Positions 1-12,100 of a stretch of 64,000 nt of DNA are shown here, piece by piece. Location: positions 20,481,082-20,545,081 of the forward strand of contig MU054323.1 in the NCBI GenBank assembly GCA_013239625.1, in the 5' to 3' direction. The translations under genes were made by a program, and so were the position numbers. This DNA comes from Lama guanicoe. Lineage: Eukaryota. Each line of letters begins with the position of its first letter. Positions within the stretch are counted from its first letter, which is position 1. The notes under the pieces were generated by a model. It was not told where the DNA came from. It saw only the letters and a list, made by a program, of their open reading frames with translations, and did not search any database.

Positions 1-412
1 CGTGGGGCTCGGGGATTGAGGGGGCCACCGAGACCCGTTGATATTTTTAATGGCATCTCTTTACATTCTGCACAAGGCGTGCCTAAAAAGCACCGCTGAG
101 AGCCAGGGCGCAGACGTCTGCACTCAGCCAAGCTTCCCGTCAAAGCCGAATGAGCCCAGAAAACAAAAAAATGGCTTCACAGCTCTGAGGCTTATTTCAT
201 CTGAAAATATTCAGAGCTGGAGAGAGAAGAGGAAAAAGAAGCGGAGTCCAGCCTGATTCCTTAGTGACTGTGTGTGTGCTTGGGGCAGGGGTAGGGGGTG
301 ATAACTTCTTGGAGTGGCGACTTTGTCAACTTCTAAGGGCATTGTGAGGAGCAGATGAGATAAAACATAGGAAGAACAACTTCAGGAGGGGAGGCACAAA
401 GAGTGCTCCCCC

Positions 413-487
413 TCCCCTCTCCTCCCTCCCTCCTTCCTTCCTCCCTCTTCCACTCCTTTCTGTCCTCGCCCCCTCTATTCTCTCTCG
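413..487. repeat. CT-rich polypyrimidine low-complexity tract
   Basis: Run of cctccc/ccttc/ctct units seen directly. Confidence 0.8.
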
Positions 488-559
488 AAGTCTCCATACC
501 CCACCTCTGCTGCATCCCTTCATAATGGGCCCAGATTAAGCTAATCCGATAGCTTCCAC

Positions 560-726
560 CCAGACAGACCAAACCCACAGGTGAGCTGAATTCAGACACC
601 TGCATTTCAACCTGGCTCATGAACGAAGTGGAAGTGTGCGTATCCAAGTTTTCACTTAGTTATCTGCGGTTCAACAAGCTTGCAGGTGATTCCGAGGCAG
701 GCTCAAGTCCGAGAACCACGGTTCCA
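560..726. mobile_element. MER5A-like hAT-Charlie MITE fragment, apparently interrupted
   Basis: 'aacaagcttgcaggtgattccgaggcaggctcaagtccgagaaccacgg' resembles the MER5A end (aacaagc..caggtgattctgatgc..aagtttgagaaccactg). Confidence 0.5.
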
Positions 727-1109
727 GAGCATGTTAGTCCTCCTCAAGCCTAGAGGTGAGGCTGGAGTGAATGATGCCCATTTCCCACTTGGAAATGGTG
801 CCGGGAGCACTTTGCTAGGACAGACACCTGCTTTGGCCATTGCCTCCCTCTCTAGGGCCTCGAGTCACTCAGTGAGGGCCCAGAAATCCACTCTCCACTC
901 CAGGACAGGGGAGTTAAAGCTGCCTTTGGAGAGTTTCTGTGCCCCTGGAGGTTGACTCCTGATTCCCCCTTATGGCGTGTCCACCTCCTTACTCTTGAGA
1001 TCCAGAGCATTTCTCAAATGTTTCCATCCATAGACCTCTGCCCCCAGCTCCTCAAACCTGGGGTCAGTAAAGCTACCAACATTCCCAGCAGCTTGGTTTT
1101 CCTAGCTGG

Positions 1110-1318
1110 CAGATACGTCTCAACGGAACTTTCTGTGTTGACGAAAATGTTCTGTGTCTGTGCTGCCCAGTATGGCAGCCACAAGCCACACATCCCTATC
1201 AAGCACTGGAAATGTGGCTAGAGTGGGCGAGAAACTAAAATTTTAATTTTTTTCATTTAAATTAATTTAAATTTAAATAGCCACACGTTGCTAGTGGCCA
1301 CTGCACTGGACAGGGAAG
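1110..1318 (+). mobile_element. MER3-like hAT-Charlie MITE
   Basis: 'gaactttctgtgttgacgaaaatgttctgtgtctgtgctgcccagtatggcagccac...aaatgtggctag...aatttaaatttaaatagccacacgttgctagtggccactgcactggacag' follows the MER3 consensus layout. Confidence 0.8.
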
Positions 1319-1924
1319 CTCTAGCATCTCCTTCAACGCCATTGTCTCTGAGGGCTGCCTTCCCTGCACCCTTGGCATCTGCTCCAGGCCTGCAGAATCC
1401 TGTCCCACTGCATGGAGGGAAACTGAGGCCCGAGAGAGAGAGGGTACTCTGGGATGCATAGGAAGCTGGGGTTGGAGGGGAGCTGGGATCCACCCCCTAC
1501 TCCGCCTTCCAGCCCAGGCCTTGGGCCAACAGCCCCATCGGACCCTGGCCTCCGGCCGAGGTGTGGGAAGTTGAGTGTGATGAAACCCAAGCCCCCTTGG
1601 CTGGCGCCCAGCTGTGGTTTCACACTTGAGCTGCGGAGTTGGGCGGAGGCGGCTGGAGAGGACCGTCAGAGGATGGGAATTCGGGTGGCCTGGCCAGCAG
1701 GCCCTGTGAGCAGGAGAAGTCCCAAGGGGGTTTCCAGGCCGAGCAGGTTGCCAGATTCTCTGGGTGCCTCTTGGCGGCTGAGGGCCCTGCTGTGGGGAGC
1801 AACAGAGAAGGGACAATGGAGATGGTGAATGGGTGTGTGTGACTGTGTGCCGTGTGTGTGTGTGTGCACGTGCATGCATGCGTGCAGGGGTGTGATGGCA
1901 CCAGCTCACTCTACCTTCACCGCC

Positions 1925-2101
1925 ATTTCCACCCGCAACAGAATTTGCGGGGCCCAGTGCAAAATAAAAATGCGGAGCCCCTTGCTCAAAAACTATGAAA
2001 AATTGCAAGAAGTGACATCAGATCATTAAACCAAGTGTGGGGATTCTGAGCACGAGGCCCTGAGTGACAGCACAGGTTGCAAACTCCTGAAGCTGGCCCC
2101 G
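1925..2101 (-). mobile_element. MER45A-like hAT-Tip100 MITE
   Basis: 'aatttgcggggcccagtgcaaaataaaaatgcggagccccttgctcaaaaa...cattaaaccaag...gcacaggttgca..tgaagctggcccc' is the reverse complement of the MER45A consensus pattern. Confidence 0.8.
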
Positions 2102-2399
2102 CCCCCAATGCCTGAGACAGATGTAGGGAAGTCTCAAAAGAACAGAGGACCTATCTTCTAGGCCAGTCTGAGGGTAAAAGCTGGCCCATTCCTCTGTCCC
2201 CAGCTCCTCAGGGGCTCCTGGAGGCAGACAGAGGTTTTGAGCCTCCTCCAGGACATCTACCCCAAGTCTTAGGTGGGCTGACGCCCTCAGGCTGGGGAAG
2301 GGGAGGCTTCAGAGAGACCATCCCATCACCTGCCCTGATCCCTACCCTAGCTTCAAGGAGGGGCTGGGGGGGGCAAGATGCAGCACGAGGTCATAAAAG

Positions 2400-2780
2400 C
2401 AACACATGTTTATCAAATGCTTACTTCACGCCAGGTGCCTTGCTAGATATCTTGCCAGTATTACCTCATTCGATCTTCCCAGCGCGCCGGGAGATAGGTA
2501 CTCTTGTTTGTCCCTTTTACAGGTGGGAAAACCAAGCTCAGAAGGAGGGGCTTTCTGCGGTGAGGGCAATGGTCTATACCTTGATTGTGTGGTTTGTAAC
2601 ATGCATGTATACATTTGTCAAAATTCACCAAGCTGTGCACTTATTCTGTGCACTGACTGCGTATAAATTATCTCTCAATAAAGTTGATGGGTTAAACAAC
2701 ATATTTTGAAAAGTGCAGCACAGAGACTTGGAGAACTTGCCCAAGGTCACATTCCTAGTAAGTGACAGACTAGGATTTTT
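2400..2780 (-). mobile_element. MIR SINE, split by an L1 3'-end fragment
   Basis: 'ttttacaggtgggaaaaccaagctcaga' ... 'acttgcccaaggtcacattcctagtaagtgacagactagga' are the two halves of the MIR core. Confidence 0.7.
2543..2700 (+). mobile_element. Old L1 (L1M-type) 3' UTR end inserted in MIR
   Basis: 'tatacatttgtcaaaattcaccaagctgtgcactta...tataaattatctctcaataaagttgat' is a typical L1MC/ME 3' terminus with poly(A) signal. Confidence 0.7.
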
Positions 2781-2844
2781 AAGGTAAGTGCCCAAGAGTA
2801 GCGCCAAGCTGGTGCAAAGATCACCATGCCTGGGGTCAGAAAGA

Positions 2845-2960
2845 TGAGGTTCCAGATATACTGACAGATTGTTCTTGAGCAAGTCATAGAGGCTCTCTGA
2901 ACCTCAGGCTCCTCACCTACAAAATGAGCCTCCCAGAGTGGTGGTTTAATGCTGACACGG
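2845..2960 (+). mobile_element. MIR fragment
   Basis: 'ttgagcaagtcata...ctctctgaacctcagg.tcctcacctacaaaatg' MIR core. Confidence 0.55.
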
Positions 2961-3829
2961 ACCTGTGGGCGGGGTGTGGACCCCACAATGTCCCCGGAAG
3001 CTGCACGGGGTGCTCTTGTCCTGCTGTTCGTGCCCGTGCGCTGGGGCAAAGCTGAGGGCCGGTCTCTCCCCGGCACCCTCCTCTGCCTCCACCAGCCCTC
3101 TGTGGCTTTCAGCTCAAGTGCTGCCCAGTCCCCAGGAAACAGTGCCATGGTGGGGCATGGCCTGTGCAGGTGGCACCAGGGGGTCCCCAGGGGCGGCATG
3201 GGAGGTGGGGCTTCCCTTTGTGGAGTCACTGACAAACTCCCATAGAAGGAACTGATATAGGATTTAGAATGTGGAGGATGGGAGAAGGTGTCCGGAGGGC
3301 ATGTGCTAAGGTCCTTATCTTTGTTGGAAGGAGGATGGAGTTTGCTGTAGATTTTATTAGGGAAAAAATGTCAAGCTAAGAACATCTTAACAATTAAGAG
3401 TCTCCACTGAAAGACCAGAAATAGAGTGTGTTACTTTCAGCCTCTGGCCTCACCCCACCCTCTCCACTCGGCTGGGTTGGACGGTATTTATTTATTTACT
3501 TGTAAGACCCCCACCACCACAAGAAGTTTAAGTTGTGTTTATCACTTTTGCCTTTTGATCCCTGCCCAGGGCCTGGCACACCCTCACTGCTGAATAGATA
3601 ACTGTCAACCAGGGTCAGCCCACCGACATGAGAAATTAGGCCCAAACTTTACCAAACTACCAGTGGGGGGCCCACTCCATTGCTTAGGTGGGAAAGTGGC
3701 TCTGGGCCCCAGCGGCTTCCTGACATGGACCACTTCCAGCAGTTCTGTTTTCAGGCCATTTCCTTCTTAGTTCTGTTTTTGGGGAAATTCTGTTGTTTTT
3801 ATCCATAAAAAGCCACCTTGGTCCCCGAA

Positions 3830-4000
3830 TCCTAATAATACCTCCATCAGTAGCGTAACACACTTCACGTGTTACTCATGAGAAAGCTGAGACAGCTGAG
3901 GCTCAGAGAGGTTAGGGACTCCCCCAAGGACACACAGTGAGGTCTTGACAGAGCCACCCTGAGCACTCTGGCCTCCTGGCCCCTATCCAGCTCCACGATA
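3830..4000 (-). mobile_element. MIR fragment
   Basis: 'ctgaggctcagagaggttagggactcccccaaggacacacag' MIR core. Confidence 0.6.
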
Positions 4001-4909
4001 CACTCGTTGCCTCTAATGGTCTCTCAGCCTCCACCCCCCTCAGTAATGGAACCCAGCTGGGTGGGGTTGGCCGCTGAGCGGCTCCAGGCTTGGTTTGGGC
4101 CAGCGACTCATGGAAATTGGGCCATTTTCCTGGGGCGGAAATGAAAAGCAGATGTGGCTCAGGAGCTGGGATGCAGACTCATGCCGTGTCAGGGGGCTCA
4201 AGTTACACGAAGGAACACGTGACTGTGGTTACAAAAACAGCCCCAAACCCCCAAGGCCCACATCATCGGGGGTCCATCCAGGCCTGGGGAGCCAAGACCC
4301 ACCCCCACCCCTTAACCCCTGGGTAGCCCCTGAGGTCCTGGAAGGAGCGTGAGACAGGAGGGGCTGGGGGAGAGCGGAGCCTTGGCTGTGGTACCTTCTT
4401 GCTCCCACCATGTGTGCCAGGTTTAGTTTCTGCTCCTCCGTTCAGGGCTGAGCATCAGTTCTTGTCCTCAGGAGGACACCCAGGAAGGGCAAGACAGCCC
4501 GTACAGGGCACAGCAGCCTCCCTACCAGGGCTGGCTTGAGGCTCGGACCAGGCCCTGGACAACTGTGACAGCCTCACACCAACCTGGTGCTTCATCGCTT
4601 TGCTCCAGTCCTTTGGGTTAAGGGATTGTTCCTGATTGCAGTGCATAACCTTTTTAGGAAAGCATTTGGTCTTAGGCAGTATTCAGGCAGCCTTACCTGA
4701 GTGGAGATTAATTTACCAATTTCCTCTAAACAAACAGCCAGTCGGGCCTGAACCCCCAGAGAAAGGGCTGAGACAGGACTCTGGAGGAAGTGAGGTCCTG
4801 GCACAGGAGGAGCCAGGAATAATGTGGCAATGGTATCGTTTGTGTGGGTGGGTGGGGTCTCTGATCTGCACAGGCCCCTGCTTTTCTCCCTCAGCCAAAG
4901 GGGCAGGGC

Positions 4910-5780
4910 TCCATTCATTCATTCATTCATTCGTTCATTCAGTAAATGGTTCTTGTACACCCACTGTGGCCAGGGCAGTGGGCTAAGCCCTGAGAATCCA
5001 GAGGTGACTGAACAAAGATTCAATCTCTGGGACTTCACTGACTGCTGAGGGAGCCCACTGATAAGTAGCTTTGATTGATGGATTGATTGACTCTTTCATT
5101 ACTGAGTGGAGAGTGGGCACCCTATGTCAGCACTAATCTAGGCTCATGGGATCTAGTAGTCAAAATAGACAGTTTTGGAAGGGGAGACAGAATATAAAAA
5201 TAAAAAAATAAGTTAAATAGCATGTTTAAAATGTGAAAGATATTATGAGAAGAAAGGAAAATGGAGCAGGTGAGGGGGATCCGGAGGTTGGGAGCTGGTC
5301 TTAGTGTTGACAGGGCAGGGAGGTGGGCTTCCCTAAGAAGGTAAGACTGGAGCAAAGGCTTGAAGCTGATGGAGGAGATGAGAATGGGTTTCTGGGGGAC
5401 GTGCAAAGGGGCAGGAGGGGGCCTGGGGTGTTCAAAAGCAACAAGGAAGGCAGTGTGTGTGAGGTGGAGAGGGAAAGGGAAGTGGGAATGGAGGTCCAGC
5501 GGTAAGCAGGATTGCCTAGGTCACTACAGGATTTTAGATTTTATGGTGCCTGAGGCAGGAAGTGCTGGATGGTTTTGGGCAGAGGGATGTGTATTGACTG
5601 GCTTTTTCAGAGGACTGCTTGAGCTGTTGTGTCCACAGTAGCCTGGAAGGAACAAAGGCAAGGGCAGGGGGACTGGTTGGGAGACATCTACAGCAATCCA
5701 GGTGGGAGGCGGTGGGGCTGCAGCCAGGCTGCACGGCAGAGGATGGGAGAGGCACCCGGGAGAAACCGGAATACGGTATC
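4910..5780 (-). mobile_element. L2 LINE fragments with (CATT)n 3' tail
   Basis: (cattc)n start followed by 'cacc.ctatgtcagcactaatctaggc', 'gaaggtaagactggagcaaaggcttgaag', 'ggtgttcaaaagcaacaaggaaggcagtgtg', all typical L2 3' region. Confidence 0.7.
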
Positions 5781-7798
5781 ATGGTAACGGGTAACGTGGA
5801 GAAGGGAATGATTAACTCTGACTAAGGATGCTGTTCCTGGGGATGTGACTCAAGCAGGATCTTGAAAAGTGAGCCGTTCAGCAGGCACTCAAGAGGGTGA
5901 GCACATTCTGACACTGTGTGTGGCAGGGGCCAAATCCAGAGAGAGCCAGGCCCGTTTGGGGACCGGTGAAGTAGCTCATCACGGCCAAAGCAGAAGAGCC
6001 GGGAAGGCCAGTTCTGGAAGAGGCCTGCCACTCTGCCGAAGGGTGTTATCCTGTGGGCACTGGGGAGTTCGGGAAGGAATTTAAACCTGGGGCCTTAAGA
6101 CCGAATTTCCCATTAGGAAAAGTCCTGCGGTCCCCATGAAGGGCTTGGAGGGAGGTGGATAGAGGAGACCCAGAGGGGAAAGCAGAAAATGAGGGCCTGA
6201 CCCCGTGCAGTGGAAGGGGGAGTGAGGGATGAGACCTGCTCAGGGAGAACCAGGACCAGAGCCATGTGTGTTTGGGGAAAGGGGAGCAGGCCGTTTTGAG
6301 GAAGAGGATGAGTCAGCTTGGGACGGGCTGAATTGGAGGAGCCACTGGGAGATCAGAGAGAAAAGTCTCGGAGCAGCTGGCGGAGGGGTTTGGGGCTCTG
6401 CGGTGGAAACTGTCTAGATGCACAGGCAAGAGCCCCCAAGGGGCAGGAGGCTAAGCTGTGAGTCTGCTCGCTCGAGGGCATCTCCAGATTTTTATCTTTA
6501 GGAAGATCCGGATAGAGGTATAGCTCCCTCCTCTCTGCCTCCCTCCCAAGGCCTTTGAGAGGTAGGGTGAGAAGAACGATCTGAGAGGGAGGAGGAACCA
6601 TCCAGGTGGGGGTGGCTCTCCTGTGGTGACGCTGAGCAATCCCTGAACGTCACCCCCAGGGTGTCTGTGCTGGCGGCCTTCATGTGCAGGGGTCCTGGCG
6701 TCCGCTGTCTGTGGGTCTCTGCATGCAGGTGTTTTCATTTCCCTGTGGTTCCTGTTTCCCTGCAGCCCTTCCTAGTGAGGCCCATAGCCCAGCGAACTGG
6801 AGGGGGGTTCAAAGCAAGGCTTCAAGCAGGGGTGAAGCAGACATGATGCAGAAAAGCTGCTGCTGACACCAATAGGACCAGAAAGGGGACCCAAGTAAGA
6901 GAGAACATGAAAAGCAAGAAGGCAGCGCCATTCTTCAGCCTTGGGGGACAGTGTATGAGAAACCCCCGCAGGTTTGAGGGAAGATCTTGCTGCAAGGGGG
7001 TGGGTGGGGCTTGACTCAGATTGCAGCAGGGAGGAAACTTTAGTGACATACCCCCTTTAAGCAAAGCAGCAATTCAAGATGGTGCCAACCAGGAGGTGGT
7101 TTGAAATGGCTTAAGGAAGCAGGTCTGGGAAGTGGCTTCCTGGAACATCGCTTATTCTGGTGTGGTTAGGAGGAATGTGGCCAGGTGGTCTTAGGTCCCA
7201 GGGGCCACAGAGAGAAGATCTGCACCACTAGCCACGTGCAGGGACCACACACCTCAGCATCACCCCTCCCCACCCCCATCCATGAGCCCCAGGGACCAGG
7301 CAGAACCAGCCCTGTCCCACCTGTGTGTGTAGAAGGATGTGGGGGGCTCCACTCAGACTTTGGATCCTCTTCTTCCCACCACCACAAGGTCCATAAACAT
7401 CTCTCTACACCAGGAAATTATCTTAGCTGGGAGAAGGGAGAAGGGTAAGAAAGTCTTGGAAAACTAAGGAGTTTTACTCAAAAGAGACTGAGTTAAACAT
7501 ACAGAAATTGAGATACCTCTAAAAGTCAAGTTGAAGTTTTTATTTGTGTGTGTGTTTTTAACCTGTCAATAGTAGGAATGACCAGATTGAGATGAGAAGA
7601 GTACAAGAAAAGTTAAGAATGATGCTGGTTTGACCCATCCGGGTAGGTATGTGTGAGTTTCAGCCCCACTGCAATATTGTCTGTACAAGTTTGCTGGGGC
7701 AGTTGTGTACTTTCAGTTGCATTCATCAGACTCTTCCCTGAAGCTCACTGTGTATTTTGCTCTTGCCGGGAGTTGAGAATCATAAAATCATCCAATCT

Positions 7799-8130
7799 AT
7801 ATGAATTACCTATTGCTCATAAGTAATGAATCCAAAATTTAGTTGAATAAACGTATGCTATCTCATATGCTTCCTGTGGCTCAGGAATTTGGAAACAGCT
7901 TAGCAGGGAGTTTCTGGCTCAGGGTCTCTTGTGAGGCTGCAGTCACTGTGTTGGCCTGGGCTGTGGTCATCTGAAGGCTCAACTGAGGCTGGTGGATCTG
8001 ATTCCAAGACATGCCTGCCAAGTTGGTGCTGGCCATTGGCGGGGGTCTCAGTTCTTCACCTTCCGGATCTCTCTCTAGGGCTGCTTTGAGTGACCTCAGG
8101 ACATGATGGTGGTTTCCTCCAGAGTAAAAT
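7799..8130 (-). mobile_element. MaLR LTR (MLT1E/F-like), partial
   Basis: 'tctcatatgcttcctgtggctcaggaatttggaaacagcttagcaggg...ctggctcagggtctcttgtgaggctgcagtca...gctgtggtcatctgaaggctcaactgaggctgg' matches the MLT1F-type pattern. Confidence 0.75.
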
Positions 8131-8620
8131 GTTATGGTATTGCAGGGTAGGAAAGTGTCCCTACCACAGAACACAGCGTCTGAGGTCTAAGTGAAGTGAT
8201 GTGGGCTTTCTGAGGACAAAGTGGGCTGCCTAGTCAGATGGCAGGAGGCTTTTTGGGAATAGGCAGAAAAATCCTGCCTTCTTGTCCTGCTCCAAGTGGC
8301 TCTTCCTTGTGGAAGAAGGCCCAGTACCTGCAAACTGGTGAGATGGGGAAACCTGAAAGGCCTGGCCAAGTGAGGGGGCTGATTCCTATTCACTGGACAA
8401 CCAGGGGTGTGTGGAGGGAGCCACTCTGAGACTGGAGAGAGGAGGCCAGGGGACTCCTGGGGGCAAGGGTAGGGCCCCGGAGGGACTTTGAAGTGAGGCA
8501 AGGAAGGGAGTGGTCAAGAGAGGGGCAGGGCTCAGAGGGAGGGGGAGGGCAGGAACCCGAGGACCACATGGTCCTCTGTTGTCCAGCATGCCATTTTCCT
8601 GGCTGTCATCCCTGGCTACG

Positions 8621-9195
8621 GATTCATTCATTCATTCATTCACTCATTCATTTACTCATTCATTCATTCCTGCATGCCTGCTTGCTACAGAGGCCAGGTC
8701 CGTGTCCTTGGTGAGCTCAAAATTTAAGGGCTGTGTGTACATGAGAAGCAGGCCTTCCTAGGGAGGGCCGGGAAAGGCTTCTCACGGGAGGTGAGATCTG
8801 AGTTACTTCTTGATGGGGAGGAGGAATAAGCCAAGCAAGGGACGGTGTTCTAGGCTGGGAAACAATGAATTCACAGGCCCAGGTGTGGCAGAGCACGAGG
8901 CCTCCCTGGCACCCAGGCAGCTGGAACAGTGTCGAGAGATGAAGCTGGAGGGGCTGGAAGAGGTGTGGCCCTGCCCTCCGGGTGGGGTGGTTTGAATTTC
9001 TTCCAGAAGACAACTGGGAGATTCTGCAGGAATTTAGGCAGAGGCAGGAAGGGATCTGCTTGGAAATTTAGAAAGATTATCCAGGCGATAGGGACGATGA
9101 TCTGGAGAAGGAGGGTCCAGGAGGAGAGGGCACTAACTTGGGCTCTGTGTACCGGAGGGGAAGCAGGGGTAGAAAGGAGAGGACATGTCTGAGAG
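8621..9195 (-). mobile_element. L2 LINE fragment with (ATTC)n tail
   Basis: (attc)n at 8622-8668, then 'ggaaaggcttctcacgggaggtgagatctgagt', 'ggtgttctaggctgggaaacaatg..cacaggcccaggtgtggcagagca'. Confidence 0.7.
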
Positions 9196-12100
9196 GCCTT
9201 TAGGAGACTGAGCAGTCCCCACACCGGCCTAGAGGCTGGGTGGCCACAGCCCCTCTCAGCTGATCTCAGCTCCTCGCAGAGGAACTACTCAGGCTCGCAC
9301 TGAGCCCTGCCCTCTGCTTCAGAAGCCCTGGTGGCCCCAGCAGCTGGCTCCACTCTGACCCAGCCAGCCCCTCCCCCAGTCTGCTGCCCTCCTCCCAGAG
9401 GGATGCTCAGTCTGCTAGAACCTGGCCTTTATCTGCAAGGTGGTGAGGGCCTGATGTGGGCCTGTGAGTTGGGGAGTGCTCAGGGGCTGTGGCCACAGAG
9501 CAGCCCAAGGAAAGGAGGGACTGGGCTGGGATCAGAGAGGAGAGGTCCAGTCAAAGACAAGAGACCTGGGCAGGGCTCCAGCCCCCTCCAGGTGGGCCTC
9601 AGTAGCGGTGTGGGGACTTGGGAAGTGAGGGAAGGAAGGAATCTCACCATCCAGAGCAGTGGCCCCCTGAGAGACACCTAGGGGTGATGGGAGATGACCC
9701 CATACTGAAGGCTATTTCCTACAGACCACAAGCAGGGCTAGATCCCTGAGATGGGAGTTACCCCCACCCCAAATTCTCACACCTTTCCATGGAGTAAACT
9801 GTTCCGCTCCCTCCTCACAGCAGATGGCGCCATCGTGCTGGGATTGGTGACTGAGGGGCCAGAGGGAGCTGGCCAGGAAACTCTCCATGGGAGCGGGAGG
9901 GCCCAGGAGCCTGCGCTGGGAGCCACTCAGACATGGGTGGGCGGGTGCCCCAGTCCTGCTTTCTGGAGGGCCTGCTGCTCCCTGGACCCCTCAACTCTTG
10001 TGTACCTGCTCCACTCACCCCATCCCCAGCCTCTTCCTCCCTCTGCCCTCTGTCCCTGCCTCCCTCGCTGTCCCCCCGCCGCCTCCTCCAAGTGTCTGGT
10101 GCGCTGGTTCACTTTGAGGCATCACAGAATAAGGGAACTCCAAGGCCCATGGGAATGTCACTGTGGGGTCTTCCCTGGGCGGCCCCCAAGGGCTTGCTCG
10201 TATCTTATGTATGTCTTCAGGAGGTGCTCAATGCCCCTAGCCAGTGGAGGAGGCTACCAGGGGGCTGCCAGGTTTGTTTGACAGTGGCAGGAGGGGAAGG
10301 GTAGAGAGTGTTTGCTCTGTATGAATGATTGACAAAATAAATTACAGCAGCTTTCAGTGTGGCAAGGAGCCTTCTGCTGATGAACACACCTTGTATCTCC
10401 TAATCTCTAGGCTTTTAGTCAAGAAAGAAAACCTCAAGAGCCCCTTCTCTCCTCCCTTCTTCCTTTCCTGTGCTTGGGATGGGGGCCTGTGCACTTGCAG
10501 CAAAGAGTAGGTATCAGCTGGCGCTGGTGGAGCTGGCCTGGGCGGTGCATGAACTTGGAGGAGGACAATGGGCCGTGGAAGCAAGGATGCCTGCGGCAGG
10601 ACTAAGGGGAGTCCGCCAGGGGAACTTCCAAGGGGACCCCAGAGACCTTAGCATGGGGTCTTAGGGACACAAGGGCACAGCAGGGCTAAGAGGTATGTGT
10701 GTTGGCTGATCCCTGCCTGGAACACACAGCTCCCCACCTGCCACTCCCCAATCCTGTATTCCTTAAGGATAGCTGCCATGTTTTTTAGCCTCTAAATTGG
10801 CGTCATTGGTTTGATAAGAATGAGGACCCCTGTAGGACAATAAGGAAAGATATTTGAAAGAAGGGCCACCTGGTAGCAAAAGATGCTCACTCCCTCGTGC
10901 CCAGCTTGGACACCACCAGTCCCCAAACTGCCACCCACTTTCTAACCTCAGGTGGAGGTATGTGGGGCTGTGTGTCCCTATAGACCCATTCTATTTCAGC
11001 CTTAAATAAACAGCCAATTTGCCACCCTTAATCTTCCCGAGGATGGGCCGCCCTCTCACGGCTTCTGGTTCACCTAGAACTTTCAGGTGGTGGGTGTAGC
11101 GCAGGCAGTGGTGGGTCCATGTGTTGCATGTGAGCTCTTTTCACCGTGCAGCTGGGCAGGGGCAGGTGGGTTGGTGCTTAAGGAGGCTGGGAGGGAGGAA
11201 GTGTGAACAGAGGGGAGAGATGAAAGGATATTGGAGAAGAGAGGACAAGATCGCCAGGCAAGAAGAGGATGTCATTGGCTCGGGAAAGGATGCCTGCGGC
11301 ACCCCGGCAGTGGCTGTGGGGCTGCACTTAGGGCTGGATCTGGTGGGCAGTCATAAGGGTCAGCCAGGAATGTCCTCGTCTGTTCCCAAACCAGGCTGCA
11401 TACTGGCTGGGCTGGAAGTTGGGGAGGAAGGGGATGATGATAAAGAGTTCCCAGACATATTGGGCAGCCAACTGGAGGGAGGTCTGGGCTCGCAAGGCCA
11501 GCTCTGGGACTCTGCTGTGGATCTGGAATTTTTTACTGGTGTAAAAGTTGTCTCCTGAGTTGCTGTTCTGCAAGAAAGTAGCTTCTTGCTTGATTTGTGG
11601 CTGAGGGTGACATTGGTGATAAACCTACTAACGGTGCTCATTGCCCAGGGTTGGGGGAGGGGAGAGTCATGGCTCCCAGTCCCCAAGGAGCTTATGGTGC
11701 AGCTGGGGAGGCAGCACATGCATGAAGAGATAAGAGCTTCAGTGTAAGAGGAACCCCGGGGATGGGATCAGGGTGGGCTCAAGGAGGACTTATTGGAGGA
11801 GGAAGGAGCTTCAGATGGAGAAAAAGGAAGGGTTTCCAAGATTATAAGAAGAGTGCAAGCAAAGGCACTGGAAGGAGCGGAAGTTTGGCGGGATGGGGAG
11901 AGATGGGGGACACTAAGGAAGGACCTGGCACACAGAAGACACTCAACAGGCTTCCTAAGGAAGGAAGGGGAGGTGGGGAGAAGGAAGGAGAAAGGAGGGG
12001 GCTGAGAGCTGCCCTCAGAGGCAGGTCACCGCCCCCAGCCCTGTGGCAACGGCTGCAGAAGCACCCACGTGGGGAGCCCCACAGCAAGCCCTTGTCTCCT

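Noticed and set aside
1262..2008. 248-aa ORF
   Set aside because: Starts inside a MER45-like MITE, crosses a GT-rich tract and ends in MER3; low-complexity translation.
11230..11640. Possible minus-strand exon (acceptor-like 'tttcttgcag' followed by an open frame NSNSGDNFYTSKKF...)
   Set aside because: No recognisable protein similarity, no convincing donor site or partner exons. It may be an ancient LTR remnant (ends '...gggtgaca'), but I cannot assign it.
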